Below, piece by piece: positions 26,018-38,975 of a stretch of DNA of 62,208 nt. This DNA is from Octopus bimaculoides (lineage: Eukaryota), in NCBI RefSeq assembly GCF_001194135.2, contig NC_068986.1:87853977-87916184 (forward strand), given 5' to 3'. A program made the position numbers and the translations under genes. Positions within the stretch are counted from its first letter, which is position 1. The number at the start of each line of letters is the position of its first letter. Below the pieces are notes generated by a model. That model ran no database searches and was not told the DNA's origin. It saw only the letters and a list, made by a program, of their open reading frames with translations.

Positions 26018-26150
26018 AGGGCGCCGAGCTGGCAGAATCGTTAGCACTCGACATCGACTCTGCCTTTCATCCTTTCAATTTCAATAAAATAAGTAATCGA
26101 CTTACCATCTCCCCTAAAAGTGATGGCTTTGTGCTAAAATTTAAAATCAA
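26018..26150 (+). mobile_element. Internally deleted SINE D
   Basis: GGGCGCCGAGCTGGCAGAATCGTTAGCAC head and GGCTTTGTGCTAAAATTTAAAA tail. Confidence 0.65.
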
Positions 26151-27862
26151 TATTTAATCAACTTCACCCATTTTGTCGATCATCGCCTTATTAATATATT
26201 GATAATATATATATATACATTGACCCACGTTGGTACATCATTAAGTAATTAATATCCAATATCTAATCACACTCACATTTGTTGCTCTTGCTTTATAACA
26301 TTTAATCGCATCCACAGTTGTCCACCATTGCTTAAATAAATATATTATTTAATCACACTCAACCATCTTTGTTGCGTATGTAGATCAGTTGACCGATGGC
26401 TTATCATTGTTGAAAGCGATAGAGAATTTGTCCCATTAAACAATGACACGTCAGTTTCCCCTCATTTCGTCCTACGAGTTATTTCATGTTACATGAAGGA
26501 CTGGTTAATTTTTACTTATATTTTAGTTTATTTATAAATTTTTGTATCATATATTTTTATATCTCATCTTCACAGACAGTCATCGATTCTTATGACGACA
26601 TTATCATACATTATGTACCACTGTCAATAAATCACTTTATCAATTAGTCATGGGTGGTTGATTTAATGTCTTCAGAACACCCGACCTTACCCCTATTTTG
26701 TGTATGTTTGCCTGAGTGCTTTCACGAGGCTCCTTACAAGGAAAAGAAAACAAAAAATCTGAGACTAACACAACTTACAAACAACAAACTGGCTTTGGGC
26801 ATATCCTGTCTATGTCCAAAATCATTCACGCCACGTACTTAACTGTTATAAAACGAAGCAAATCGGGTTTTGCCTATGATCATGCGCAGGTCTGCTTTAT
26901 CAGAATTAAGTTTTTTTTTTCCTACTATGTTCTCTCCCTTTTCCTTCTCTCTCTCGCTTTCTCTCATTCTCTCTCTCTCTTTCTCTTTCTTGTCTCAATC
27001 TTTCTCTAAAATTCTCAACGTCATTCAGAGTTAAAAATATGAACGCAACTCTATGCTTTAAGCTTCGTCGTGACATAAACACGTATGAGTTAATATGTTC
27101 ACCTATACGATGCTTGCATGAATGTATTAGGACTTTTATGAGACTAGCTGAATGGGTTTGAATTAAATGCTTAACTTACCCGGCCATAAATAATGCTTTT
27201 GTCCGACTATTGTGCTAATATCTGGCTCTATTCATAATCTTCATAATGTCTGCAGTGAATGTTTATTGTGTTGGCACAATGAATTTTGTAGTAAAATCAC
27301 CAGCCGTTGTACTTCTCTGAAACTTGCTTAATAAAGGATTAGTCCCAATAAGATTAATTCCTACAGCCGGGTTTTGGAAACCGTTTACACATTGAATTTA
27401 CTTATATAGCAACATTAAGTTATTGTCGTAGAAATAAAACGGAAGTTTTGGAAGGAAAATATTGTTAGTAGCACATAAACATGCCTTGATTCTCGATTTT
27501 AACTGTCTTTTGCGGGGCTAATGACTCGTGAAAATTTACAATACTACACCTTCGTGTCAGTAGGCCCAGTATAAGATATAGTACGGCGGCGCGAACGCAC
27601 ATACACACGCATACTCAAATAGCGTGCGTAAAGGAATACACATTTACATAAGCACATGCACCCAACTAGATAGACTTGAATACGTGTATACACACACGCA
27701 AGCACATTTATAATATCAAATATAAGAACGTCCCAGACAAAGACATCACACATGTATAAACTTATGCAGATAAGGAGCTCTACCAAACACACACCCGCAT
27801 ATACACACACATAAACACAGGCATTTCCACATATACATAGATATATACATATATAAGTATTC

Positions 27863-27897
<35 letters not shown>

Positions 27898-28519
27898 NNN
27901 NNNNNNNNNNNNNNNNNNNNNNNNNNNNNNNNNNNNNNNNNNNNNNNNNNNNNNNNNNNNNNNNNNNNNNNNNNNNNNNNNNNNNNNNNNNNNNNNNNNN
28001 NNNNNNNNNNNNNNNNNNNNNNNNNNNNNNNNNNNNNNNNNNNNNNNNNNNNNNNNNNNNNNNNNNNNNNNNNNNNNNNNNNNNNNNNNNNNNNNNNNNN
28101 NNNNNNNNNNNNNNNNNNNNNNNNNNNNNNNNNNNNNNNNNNNNNNNNNNNNNNNNNNNNNNNNNNNNNNNNNNNNNNNNNNNNNNNNNNNNNNNNNNNN
28201 NNNNNNTATATATACATATACATGTATATATGTATATGTTTGTGTATATACATATATATATTTATGTATACACACACACATACATACATACATACATACA
28301 TACATACATACACAAAAGACGCGGATGATTCAAGACTCTATTGAACTGTTTTAACAGTGTGTGAATAAACGCTAATGTTAGTCTGAAGCTAATAATTCCT
28401 ACAATACTTGTTTGACAGTAGTTGTCCATTAGACGAATAATTTTTATCCAATGTTAGCCATTCATATACTCTGAGATCACGCCCAGTCACCATTTTGCTT
28501 TCTCATACAGATAATGGAA

Positions 28520-28529
28520 GATTTAAATA

Positions 28530-28569
<40 letters not shown>

Positions 28570-28585
28570 CGACGACGATGATGAT
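28520..28585. repeat. (GAT)n/(GAC)n
   Basis: Direct reading. Confidence 0.9.
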
Positions 28586-28696
28586 TGATGATAAACTGTT
28601 CGTCCTAGGACCTTTGTTGACTTGCTATTTTCTCAGCCATTTTACTTACACAGGTACGAGAAATTGTATATAAGTATATATGTATGAATATATGTA

Positions 28697-29230
28697 CGAG
28701 GTCTGATCAATAAGTATCCGGACAGTTGCCATAATAACGAAGCTGTTTAGAGCAGTACTTGGAAGGAAGGTGTGTAGCGTGTGATCGTCGCATTGACCAT
28801 GATAGAAAACGTTGTCATTGAGATGACTGCTCAGAGGCCTATGCAAAGTTGTAGAAAGCGCATGGAGAGGAGTGTTATGAGCCGCTCACAAGTGAACGAG
28901 TGATTCAGACGTTTCCAAGATGGCCGAAAAAATGTCGAGATTGAGGAACGTTTTCGAAGACCAGCAACCAGCAGAACTGAGAAAAACATCTTAAACGTGC
29001 GTGCAGCTGTGAGGGGGAAATCGTCGAATCACCAACCGTGAGATATAAAAGGATATGCAGATTAGTCATGTTTCAGTTCAGTACATTATTATTGAAGATT
29101 TTGGTATAAGACACGTGTCTGCCAAATTTGTGACAAAACTGCTTTCAACTGACCGAAATGCACTCGGGTTTCAGTTGCACAATATTCCCTTGATTGTGTC
29201 GAGAACGATGAAAACTGTTTGAAACCGTTG
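28697..29230 (+). mobile_element. Mariner (Tc1/mariner) element, left TIR and decayed transposase N-terminus
   Basis: TA|CGAGGTCTGATCAATAAGTATCCGGAC start. The broken translation VMSRSQVNE*FRRFQDGRKNVEIEERFRRPATSRTEKNILNVRAAV / NRRITNREI*KDMQISHVSVQYIIIEDFGIRHVSAKFVTKLLSTD covers the HTH region through the WVPHEL-equivalent linker. Confidence 0.9.
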
Positions 29231-29388
29231 CGTAGACCATTGCAGCGTTACTCATTTTTCCAGCTGAGAGGACTGGAGCATCGAGAAATAAAGTGTTTTG
29301 CTCAAGAACACAACGTGTCGCCCGGTCCAGAAATCGAAACCACAAGCTTACGCCTCATGATGCTGACACCCTAACCACTAAGCCACGA
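29231..29388 (-). mobile_element. tRNA-derived SINE family E (5' part), abutting the mariner remnant
   Basis: The reverse complement reads CGTGGCTTAGTGGTTAGGGTGTCAGC...GTTTCGATTTCTGGACCGGG...GAGTAACGCTGCAATGG. Confidence 0.75.
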
Positions 29389-29672
29389 TATAAAATTAAT
29401 AATAATATACATATGCATATAATTATATTAAGGGAGCAAGGCCGAAAGCGACCTATCTCGAGCATGCTCGAAGTGCTGAGACATTTTAAAAAATCAAAAC
29501 TACCGAAGACTCCAGATAAATATACACATGGCTGAAAGTGAGCTAGTGAAAGAATATTAAATAGACATCACGTGAATTGGTTTCAATTTCTGGATTAAAA
29601 CCGTAATCAGTCTTTCTCCTTCGTCAACACAATACAGGAAGGAAGAAAGCCTGTTTATGGTTTTAATCATAT

Positions 29673-29832
29673 ACAGGAGTGGCTATGTGGTGAGTAGCTT
29701 GCTTACCAACCACATGGTTCCGGGTTCAGTTCCACTGCATGTCACCTTGGGCAAGTGTCTCATACTATAGCCGCGGGCCGACGAAAGCCTTGTGAGTGGA
29801 TTTGGCAGACGGAAACTGAAAGAAGCCCATCG

Positions 29833-29835
<3 letters not shown>
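29673..29835 (+). mobile_element. SINE A 5' half (followed by (TA)n and gap)
   Basis: CAGGAGTGGCTATGTGGTGAGTAGC...GGGTTCAGTTCC...GGAAACTGAAAGAAGCCCATCG. Confidence 0.9.
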
Positions 29836-29879
<44 letters not shown>

Positions 29880-30437
29880 NNNNNNNNNNNNNNNNNNNNN
29901 NNNNNNNNNNNNNNNNNNNNNNNNNNNNNNNNNNNNNNNNNNNNNNNNNNNNNNNNNNNNNNNNNNNNNNNNNNNNNNNNNNNNNNNNNNNNNNNNNNNN
30001 NNNNNNNNNNNNNNNNNNNNNNNNNNNNNNNNNNNNNNNNNNNNNNNNNNNNNNNNNNNNNNNNNNNNNNNNNNNNNNNNNNNNNNNNNNNNNNNNNNNN
30101 NNNNNNNNNNNNNNNNNNNNNNNNNNNNNNNNNNNNNNNNNNNNNNNNNNNNNNNNNNNNNNNNNNNNNNNNNNNNNNNNNNNNNNNNNNNNNNNNNNNN
30201 NNNNNNNNNNNNNNNNNNNNNNNNNNNNNNNNNNNNNNNNNNNNNNNNNNNNNNNNNNNNNNNNNNNNNNNNNNNNNNNNNNNNNNNNNNNNNNNNNNNN
30301 NNNNNNNNNNNNNNNNNNNNNNNNNNNNNNNNNNNNNNNNNNNNNNNNNNTATATATATATATATATATACATACATATGCGCAGACATATATATATACA
30401 TGGTATGTATATATATGTGTGTGTTATTTTCTGAATG

Positions 30438-30472
<35 letters not shown>

Positions 30473-30824
30473 GTCTGTCTGTATGTCTGTGTGTCTGTCT
30501 GTCTGTCTGTCTGTATGCATGTATGTATGTATGTATGTATGTATGTGCGTATATATGCATGTATGTTTATATACACACACACACAAATATTTCCATTCAC
30601 TCGATTACATGCACTACCGTATGTCATTAAATGTAACAGGCATTAATTTTGACATTGATAGGTTAGTTAAATAGTGTCACCCGTGTCACACTTCGATCTC
30701 CTTGTCCCCACACACCAACATTGATTTGAAGCGTCTTGACCAAACTGAAATTTCATAAATAAATGTCCCAAGTGCAAACCAACATTCTAATCAATTCCCT
30801 TAATGAACACATACACACAATACA

Positions 30825-31205
30825 TGTTGTTGGCACTCCGTCGCTTACGACGTCGAGGGTTCCAGTTGATCCGATCAACGGAACAGCCTGCTTGTGAAAT
30901 TAACGTGCAAGTGGCTGAGCACTCCACAGACACGTGTACCCTTAACGTAGTTCTCGGGGATATTCAGCGTGACACAGTGTGACAAGGCTAACCCTTTGAA
31001 TTACAGGCACAACAGAAACAGGAAGTAAGAGTGAGAGAAAGTTGTGGTGAAAGAGTACAGCAGGGTTCGCCACCATACCCTGCCGGAGCCTTGTGAAACT
31101 TTAGGTGTTTTCGCTCAATAAACACTCCCAACGCCCGGTCTGGGAATCGAAACCGTGATCCTATGAGCGCGAGTCCGCTGCCCTAACCACTGGGCCATTG
31201 CGCCT

Positions 31206-31207
<2 letters not shown>
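30825..31207 (-). mobile_element. SINE family C, full length
   Basis: Head GGAGGCGCAATGGCCCAGTGGTTAGGG (A box) and GTTTCGATTCC (B box); tail GTCGTAAGCGACGGAGTGCCAACAAC; adjacent (CTA)n. Confidence 0.92.
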
Positions 31208-31259
<52 letters not shown>

Positions 31260-31954
31260 AATGCATATAATGCCAACAAACTGAAGCAATCCTCCAGATA
31301 AACTTCCGTTAGTAAACACGAAAGCATTTGAGGGAAACTCTTCTTGTGTAGCCTTTGATTGATTCTAAACGAACTGTTACCGACATGCACCTGTCCTTCG
31401 TCTACTTCAGAAATCTTTCTTAATTTAAACGGCTACAAACAATTCAATGTTAACTGGAATATAATAGAGTGCAATAAAGTTTAAAATAATAACCTCCAGG
31501 ACAATTATTCTCTGTCGAAATTACATACTTTTTGCACCTGTCTTCCCGAATTTGATTCCGTCAATCAGCTTCTTTTCAGTAACAATAAATAGTGATAAAA
31601 TAACTTTTAAGAGTACACAGTATTTAATTAATAAATTTCCAAAACCTAATTAGTACCATGAGTATATTTCCAGATGCGATTTTCTTGATCTCTTGACATG
31701 AACGATATTTTCAGTGTAAGAATCGTTAAATATATCAGCATTTTAGGTGAAATATTTTTCAACAGCTCATTCAAGCACGAAAGTACAAAATATTTTTGGT
31801 ATATAGTCTGTATATAGATATGCGGGTGTGTGTGCTCATGCGAGTGTCTTAAAATGTTTGGGCATGAGTGTACGCCTGTTTATATTATTGCTAGTGTTTG
31901 TATATATTATACAGGAATAAGTTTAGTTATTTCTTTATTGCCCGCAAGGAGCTA

Positions 31955-32520
31955 AACTTATTTCATCGACTCCTAAAAGATGAGAGGCGAAATCGATCTC
32001 GGTGGCATTTGTACTCAGAGCATAAAGACGGACGTTTTACACGGCATGTTAAATATTTTGCCAGCTTGCTGCTTTAATGTTTGTTACTTTGATTTCAAAT
32101 TTTGGCGCAGGAGAAGTGAATTCGGGAAGGAATAAGTCGATTACATCGAACCCCAGTAATGATCTGGTACTTATTTTATTGATCCCGGAAGCCTGAGAGG
32201 CAAAATCGACCTCGGCAGAATTTGAATTCAGAACGCAAAAATGAACGAATTGATATTGAGCATTTTGCCTGGCACACTATAGATTCTGCCAGCTCTCCGC
32301 TTTATATAATGTCTGTAATAATGGTTTCAAATTTTGCACAAGGCCAGCAATCTCGGGAGTAGAGTAACTCGATTACATCGACTCCAGTACTCAACTGGTT
32401 CTAATTTTATCGACCTTGAAAGATAAAGTCGACAAGTCGACCTCAGAATGCAGAGGCGAACGAATTACCGCTAAGCATTTTGCCCGGCGTGCTAAAGATT
32501 CTGCGAGCATGGTGCCTTAT
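31955..32520 (-). mobile_element. Three head-to-tail SINE D copies
   Basis: Three successive ATCGA(C/T)CTC..TTTG(A/T)A(C/T)TCAGA..CATTTTGCC blocks with TTTCAAATTTTG tails between them. Confidence 0.8.
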
Positions 32521-33399
32521 TTTATGTCTGCAATAATGCAAGATCAAAACCATGACTTTTGTTTTCCGCTAAAACTGCTGGTTTTGAATTTTATAACATC
32601 GTGGTGACGTTGTGAACTGCATGGCTCTAAGCAAGGAAACTCTTTGTAGTTGCTAATGTTTTGGTCCGTAATCAACTTATGGATGTGGACAAACATGTGC
32701 AGTAAATCGGATCTTAGTTTATGCAGAATGCATAAAATGTAGAGTAGTAAAATTTGAACGCAAACATATAGGACTTAAATAACCACGAAAGACGATGACT
32801 CTAAAATCAGATACTAAGCACCAAACTAACTCATTCCTGGACAATATACATATATTTTTCTTTTTGATTTTTGTTAATATATCTCATTTTAATTTTTTTG
32901 TCTATCTTTTTTAATTCTTTGTCTAGAAAATAAATGTCTTGTTTAATCATATCTCCAAGTTTTCCACTTTTTTCTCTCTCTTTCTTCCTTTCTTTTTTCT
33001 TTTTTTCTTTCATGACGCCAACGGAAGTTCAGAATTGATGTTTTTCATCATATTGATAGATATGTCACAGTTGTGACGATATTGTCACCGGAAGTAGATG
33101 TGACGGCCGTCTATAAGGTAGGTCAACTTGCGTGTCAATAGAGCCCTGGTCAGTCTCAACACATTCACGCGCACACGCACACACACACATATACACTCTT
33201 TCCCCCTCTCTCTCACACACATTAATGAAATTATAATTTGCTATACATATATGTGTATACATGTGTGTATAGGTGCATAAAAGAACGTGTATAAAAAAAG
33301 ACAGTCGTTCTATGCGTATGCGTGTGAGTGTGTGCGTAAACCTGCGTGTGTATGTATATGTATATACATATATATATATCGAAATATACATGCTTAACA

Positions 33400-33522
<123 letters not shown>

Positions 33523-33911
33523 TTATCTATAATGATAAGCATACATATTTCGATGTATGTTGAACATTATTCATGCATCTCTATGTTTAAAATGTCCTTT
33601 CATTTATGTTTGTTCTTGTGCGATTTGTATGTGTGTGCACGTGTGTATGTGTGTGTCTGTGCACGTATCAATGCATCTCAGTGGAAACTGCATCTGTAGG
33701 TTTTTCTAATTTTATTTTTCTAACATATGTACGTTCCGTAAGCGCGTGTATGTGTGTAAATAATTGTGAGAACATTTTCATACGTAAATGAACACACAAA
33801 GGATTACACAGCACATACCCCCACGCACGCGCAATGAAACCCACTCACATTCATCTATTCATACATGTACTGACATACATGTACATACATGCACATACGT
33901 AAACATATATG

Positions 33912-34026
<115 letters not shown>

Positions 34027-34030
34027 ATGC

Positions 34031-34065
<35 letters not shown>

Positions 34066-34192
34066 CGTCTATGTGTGTATGCATATATAATATACGTGTT
34101 TATACGAATATATATACTCACACAAATGTTTTGTGTGTATATGTGCGCGTGTATATGTGCGCGTGTATACGTGCGTGTGTATTATTGTGTAT

Positions 34193-34232
<40 letters not shown>

Positions 34233-34519
34233 TTTGTTTCACTATGTGAAATTTTTGAGGAGAAGTAGAGGTAATGCCTTGATCAAGTGTCATTCGAAGA
34301 CAACTTTACGCACATTTCCAAATTTTCAGAGCGATCTCTATTTGCTTCTCTTCTGTATATTTATTCTTTGCCGGTCACCCTTAGTTTCCGCCATGTATAC
34401 ACACATAAACCGGAAGCATCATACTGTCGCATTATAAAATACTTTTCTCCCATTGATTACACTGCTTCACATACACACACACATTTAGACATATAAGTAT
34501 ACACACATACATACATACA

Positions 34520-34553
<34 letters not shown>

Positions 34554-34831
34554 NNNNNNNNNNNNNNNNNNNNNNNNNNNNNNNNNNNNNNNNNNNNNNN
34601 NNNNNNNNNNNNNNNNNNNNNNNNNNNNNNNCCTAACCTCGTCTACTTCTAAATGTTTTTCTCTCAACATTCATTTGTTAGTCTTACACTTACTCAATCT
34701 CCTTCATTTTTTCCTTACATTTTTTTTTCTACATTTGTATTTTTGGTTAAGTTTAACTCTCCCTTTACATCTTCTACCCCAACGCATTTGCACACCCTCT
34801 CACCCTCTCTCTCTTTCCCCCCTCTCTCATC

Positions 34832-34876
<45 letters not shown>

Positions 34877-35338
34877 ATTTCTCTCTCTCTCACTTTCTCT
34901 GTCAATGTTCTTTGAGTGTCTCGTTCTTTCAGACCCTCATTGAAAAACTTCCCTATCACAACACCAAGCCATATGAAATAAATGAAGCCAGAAGCGTATA
35001 TGTGATTACTCAAACATGAGGTTAATCGTTCTGGTGTTTATCATTTACACACAGAGATTAGCAGTAAATATTTAAAAGTACTTTGCATCTCACATATAGA
35101 TCATGGCATAGTCTACCATAGAACAACAAGTCGAGACAGTATTTCTTGTTTAATTTCTTCAGTATCAGGGCCTGTGTCTGAACAAGACAAGGAATATTTT
35201 TTCCTGTATGGTGATTCATAAATTTTAATGTCTTTATGAAAGTATGGACGTTTTTATTTTCTCTAAATATGAACTACGATGCCTAAAAACTGAACCATGT
35301 ATTACATTAATATTTAGTTTCTCTTTTTAACATTTCAG

Positions 35339-35407
35339 TCATTAGTCAGTAACAATGCGTCTGTGAGACAGAGCTTCTCCGGATATGGGTTTTTATCTGG
35401 AATATGA
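35339..35407 (+). CDS. Candidate terminal exon SLVSNNASVRQSFSGYGFLSGI*
   Basis: Strong polypyrimidine acceptor tttctctttttaacatttcag; only phase 0 is open. No homology recognised. Confidence 0.2.
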   Translation, partial: SLVSNNASVRQSFSGYGFLSGI

Positions 35408-35794
35408 AACTGTGGATATAAAAGTTTCTCTAGACGGGACACCATTCTGTCGGGCCAGTGTTATAATGGTGGCAGCTGATGAAGGATATGTTCTCTATGT
35501 GGCCTGCGTGTTTTTTGTACCTTGTTTATCATTTTGTCCATGTTTTTTTGCAACGTCATTTACCCAGATATGTATCTATATGTACATGTTGATGAAGGTA
35601 TGTACATACATGTACATATATATGCATATACTCATATATTATTTGTATTACTAAATGTATATATGGGATACTTTCATCTCCTTTCCCTCTCCTCTCCTTT
35701 TTATTCCTTCAACTCTATGTAAACCCCTTCTCGCAGTGAAATTGTCGAAAGTTAGTGGCTGTTGCAAAAGTGGTTTGGGTGAATGGAACTAGAC

Positions 35795-36143
35795 CAGGGG
35801 TTCTCAGCCATTTTTTATCTATGGACACCTCTGATTATTAATTTATTGTGATGAACCCCCTTGGACATTCGATGTTTAAAAACTAGTTTTATAGAAACTT
35901 CTTTCAAAATTCCTATTTTGTTTTTCATACATTAATTCGTGTAGGTTGAACTATGTAGAACGTTAGAGAAAGAAACCGAACTGTTTCTTGCAATGCATAC
36001 CAATACATACTTCTAAAACAAAAGGTTTTCAGGAGCCCTTAAAATATTATTGTGGATCCCCAATTTACTGTTTCGTTGTATGGAACCCCAAAAATCTTAT
36101 ATGAACGCTCAGGGGTCATTTGGACCCTGGTTGAGAACCACTG
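35795..36143. mobile_element. hAT (Charlie-like) MITE with perfect 8-bp TSD
   Basis: AACTAGAC|CAGGGGTTCTCAGCC ... GGTTGAGAACCACTG|AACTAGAC. Confidence 0.92.
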
Positions 36144-36399
36144 AACTAGACTAAGCATTCATCTATGGAATATAGATTAAAGTTGAATTATTGGTCAAAA
36201 TGATTTTAGATCTGTGGAGTTCTTTGACTGGTTCTAGTTGGAATATCTCCTTTAACAGGAGGACTGCATCAACCATCTAGTCACGTATCTTGTATATTAT
36301 ACATATTTTTATCTCGTCTCTCACCTCCTTCACCACACAATTTGTAATTTCTTGTAATTTTTGCCCCATCAAGTTCTCCTCTGGCAATTGAAGAAATCA

Positions 36400-36790
36400 T
36401 TGGGCGGAATCGCTTCCGCGTCAAATAAATTATAATTTTTCTTCGGCTCTTTGCGTTTTAGTTCTGAGTTCAATTCCTGCCGAGATCAACTTTGCTTTTC
36501 ATTGTTACGAGGTTGATAATATAAAGTAGCCATCAAATACTAAGTTCAATGTGCTTAACTCAGAAACAATTTCTACTGTCATTGGCGAACTGGTAGGATT
36601 GTTAGAGCATAGGTTAAACAAGTCCTTGTGATGTCCGTTTCATCAGACGACTCTGTAATCATTCGGCAGAATCGTTAGAGCGTCGAACAATATGCCGTGT
36701 AATATTTGATCCGTTATTTTACGTTCTCTGCTCAAAGAAGATCTTTCACCCTCGTGGAATCGATAAAATAAAGTTACCCTGTAGTGTTGG
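36400..36790 (+). mobile_element. Tandem degenerate SINE D copies
   Basis: GGGCGGAATCGCTT..CTGAGTTCAATTCCTGCCGAGATCAAC, then GGCGAACTGGTAGGATTGTTAG and GGCAGAATCGTTAGAGCGTCG heads. Confidence 0.65.
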
Positions 36791-37254
36791 TTCGACGTTT
36801 ATCGAAGTCTGTGTTGATAGCTGATGGTATCGAAGTACATATTAATCAGCTAATGATACCCACTCCAGTCAAATGTATTGGTCTTTTGTTTCAATTAGAA
36901 ATAATTATTGCCGTCGTTGTTTATGTTGCTGTTACTTTGTTGCTGTTACTTTCGTTACTGTTACTTTGGGGCGGAGTATAAGAAGAGAAGAGGGAATAAA
37001 GTTTTATTAGTAAGCAGTTGTTGGTTTGTACTTACTGTTGAGTGACACCTGCCCTACTTGTCACCTGACATGTCTAAGTGTACTAGACTGGCACCTGCGC
37101 GGAGTGTCTCAACCACCACACACGCCAACTGACCGTCGTCCATGTCAGTCATTGAGGTCGTCACTAGTAATGTATTATTTGACAGTTCAGCCTTTATATT
37201 GACCTATACATTGACACCAACGGAAATGACCAACTGTTTAAGCGGTCACCATAC

Positions 37255-38100
37255 TTCCAGCACCACGACCACCACCACAGCCAACACCATCAACGTGCTG
37301 CCCACTCTGTCCCCCGATGCCGGCGCAGACGCCACAACCACTACCACCACCGCCATCAACAACAACAGCAACGCCAAGACTATCACCACTTTCAAATACT
37401 AAAAGGCAAAACCAACTATACTAATAACAACAACAACAACAACAATACCAATAGTCCTAATGTTAATTAAAAGTAGTAAGGGCTACCAGCACAAATGCCA
37501 CATCCACTACCATCACTGCCACCACCACCACCACAACCACCACCAAAAACGACAACAACAGCAACAATACCAAACATTAAAACCGATACTAATAGCACAT
37601 CCAACAAGAACACCGATAGAATCTCAATGTTAATTAACAATAGTAGGAAGGGCTATCAACGCCGACGCCAACCCCGACATCACCTTCAACACCACCATCA
37701 ACGCCCACACACGGCACAACCACCGCTAATGCTAGCACCAATACCACCAAATATTTTCGTTACCACTCCCAAACAGATAACAACCATTACAGTCATACGA
37801 ACATTATGATTGTGCTGTTTCAGCGCAGAGAAGCATATCGTGCTATCAACATTATCGTCACCAGCATCAACATTATCATCGTCAACATGAGGTACCCAAT
37901 GCGTGGTCGCTTTACCCGCTTGATATAGCAACGAAACCTCCCTCAAATCATATTCTGTTTTAAAAATAGAAAGCCTTACTAACTAAGCAATGCAATCCTA
38001 GATACCCGGAAAGGAAACAGTTCATCGCTAGAATGTCACTAATCACGGGCCTCCCACATTCAGGGTGACCTTAGGCTAAACAACAACAACTACAACAACA

Positions 38101-38149
<49 letters not shown>

Positions 38150-38975
38150 TCATTACTACTACCACCACCACCATCAATACTACTACTATCACCACCACCA
38201 TCATTACTACTACTACTACTACTAGTACTACCACCACCACCACTGCCGCCGCCACCATCACTCCTNNNNNNNNNNNNNNNNNNNNNNNNNNNNNNNNNNN
38301 NNNNNNNNNNNNNNNNNNNNNNNNNNNNNNNNNNNNNNNNNNNNNNNNNNNNNNNNNNNNNNNNNNNNNNNNNNNNNNNNNNNNNNNNNNNNNNNNNNNN
38401 NACCACCACCACCATCACTACTACCACCACCACCACCAACACCATCACTACTACTACTACTACTACTACCTCTTCCCCTACTAACATTGCCAACCACGCC
38501 CATCACGAATAAATGATTACCAGTACAAAAACCATCCACCCTTTCTTCCCCCACCCCGCACAATTGTCCAGCCTTATTGTACCATTGCATTAACCAATAC
38601 TGACATCCCGTTACAATCAAAATCCTTACTACCACTACCACCATCACTACCTCATCCACTGCACCACTCACCACTACTATCACTGATACCACCACCCTCA
38701 TCACAATTACTTTCATTACCGTCATATCCACCATCACCTATATCTACTGGAGCCACTACGAGAACCTTCCGCAGCCGCTATTAGCATCAGTACTACCGCC
38801 ATTACAAACACCAATACCATCTCTACCAGCACCGGTACTACTGCTATAACTATTAGCATTACTTATACACTTATTGAGGACACTACCAACGCCACTGCCA
38901 ACGTCACTAAATTTCTGTCATTATCACCACCACCACCACCACCACCTCCACCACCACCACCACCACCACTACCAC
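37255..38975. repeat. Extended ACC/ACT/AAC trinucleotide low-complexity region
   Basis: Direct reading; source of the spurious Thr/His/Val-rich ORFs. Confidence 0.8.

Noticed and set aside
26654-27009. Two overlapping ORFs (62 and 97 aa)
   Set aside because: No homology recognised; the second ends in CT-repeat sequence.
31140-31207. tRNA-like sequence with A and B boxes
   Set aside because: It is the head of SINE C, continues into the SINE body and lacks a complete cloverleaf. No true tRNA gene is supported in the window.
35385-35654. 89-aa ORF MGFYLEYETV... and a CTGATGAAGG motif
   Set aside because: The ORF runs into (TA/CA)-type repeats and has no recognisable homology; no GAAA or stem partners were found for a hammerhead.
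37495-37809. Pro/Thr-rich mucin-like ORF (also 37142-37402)
   Set aside because: ACC/AAC low-complexity DNA with frequent stops in the neighbouring sequence; a common non-coding texture in this window.
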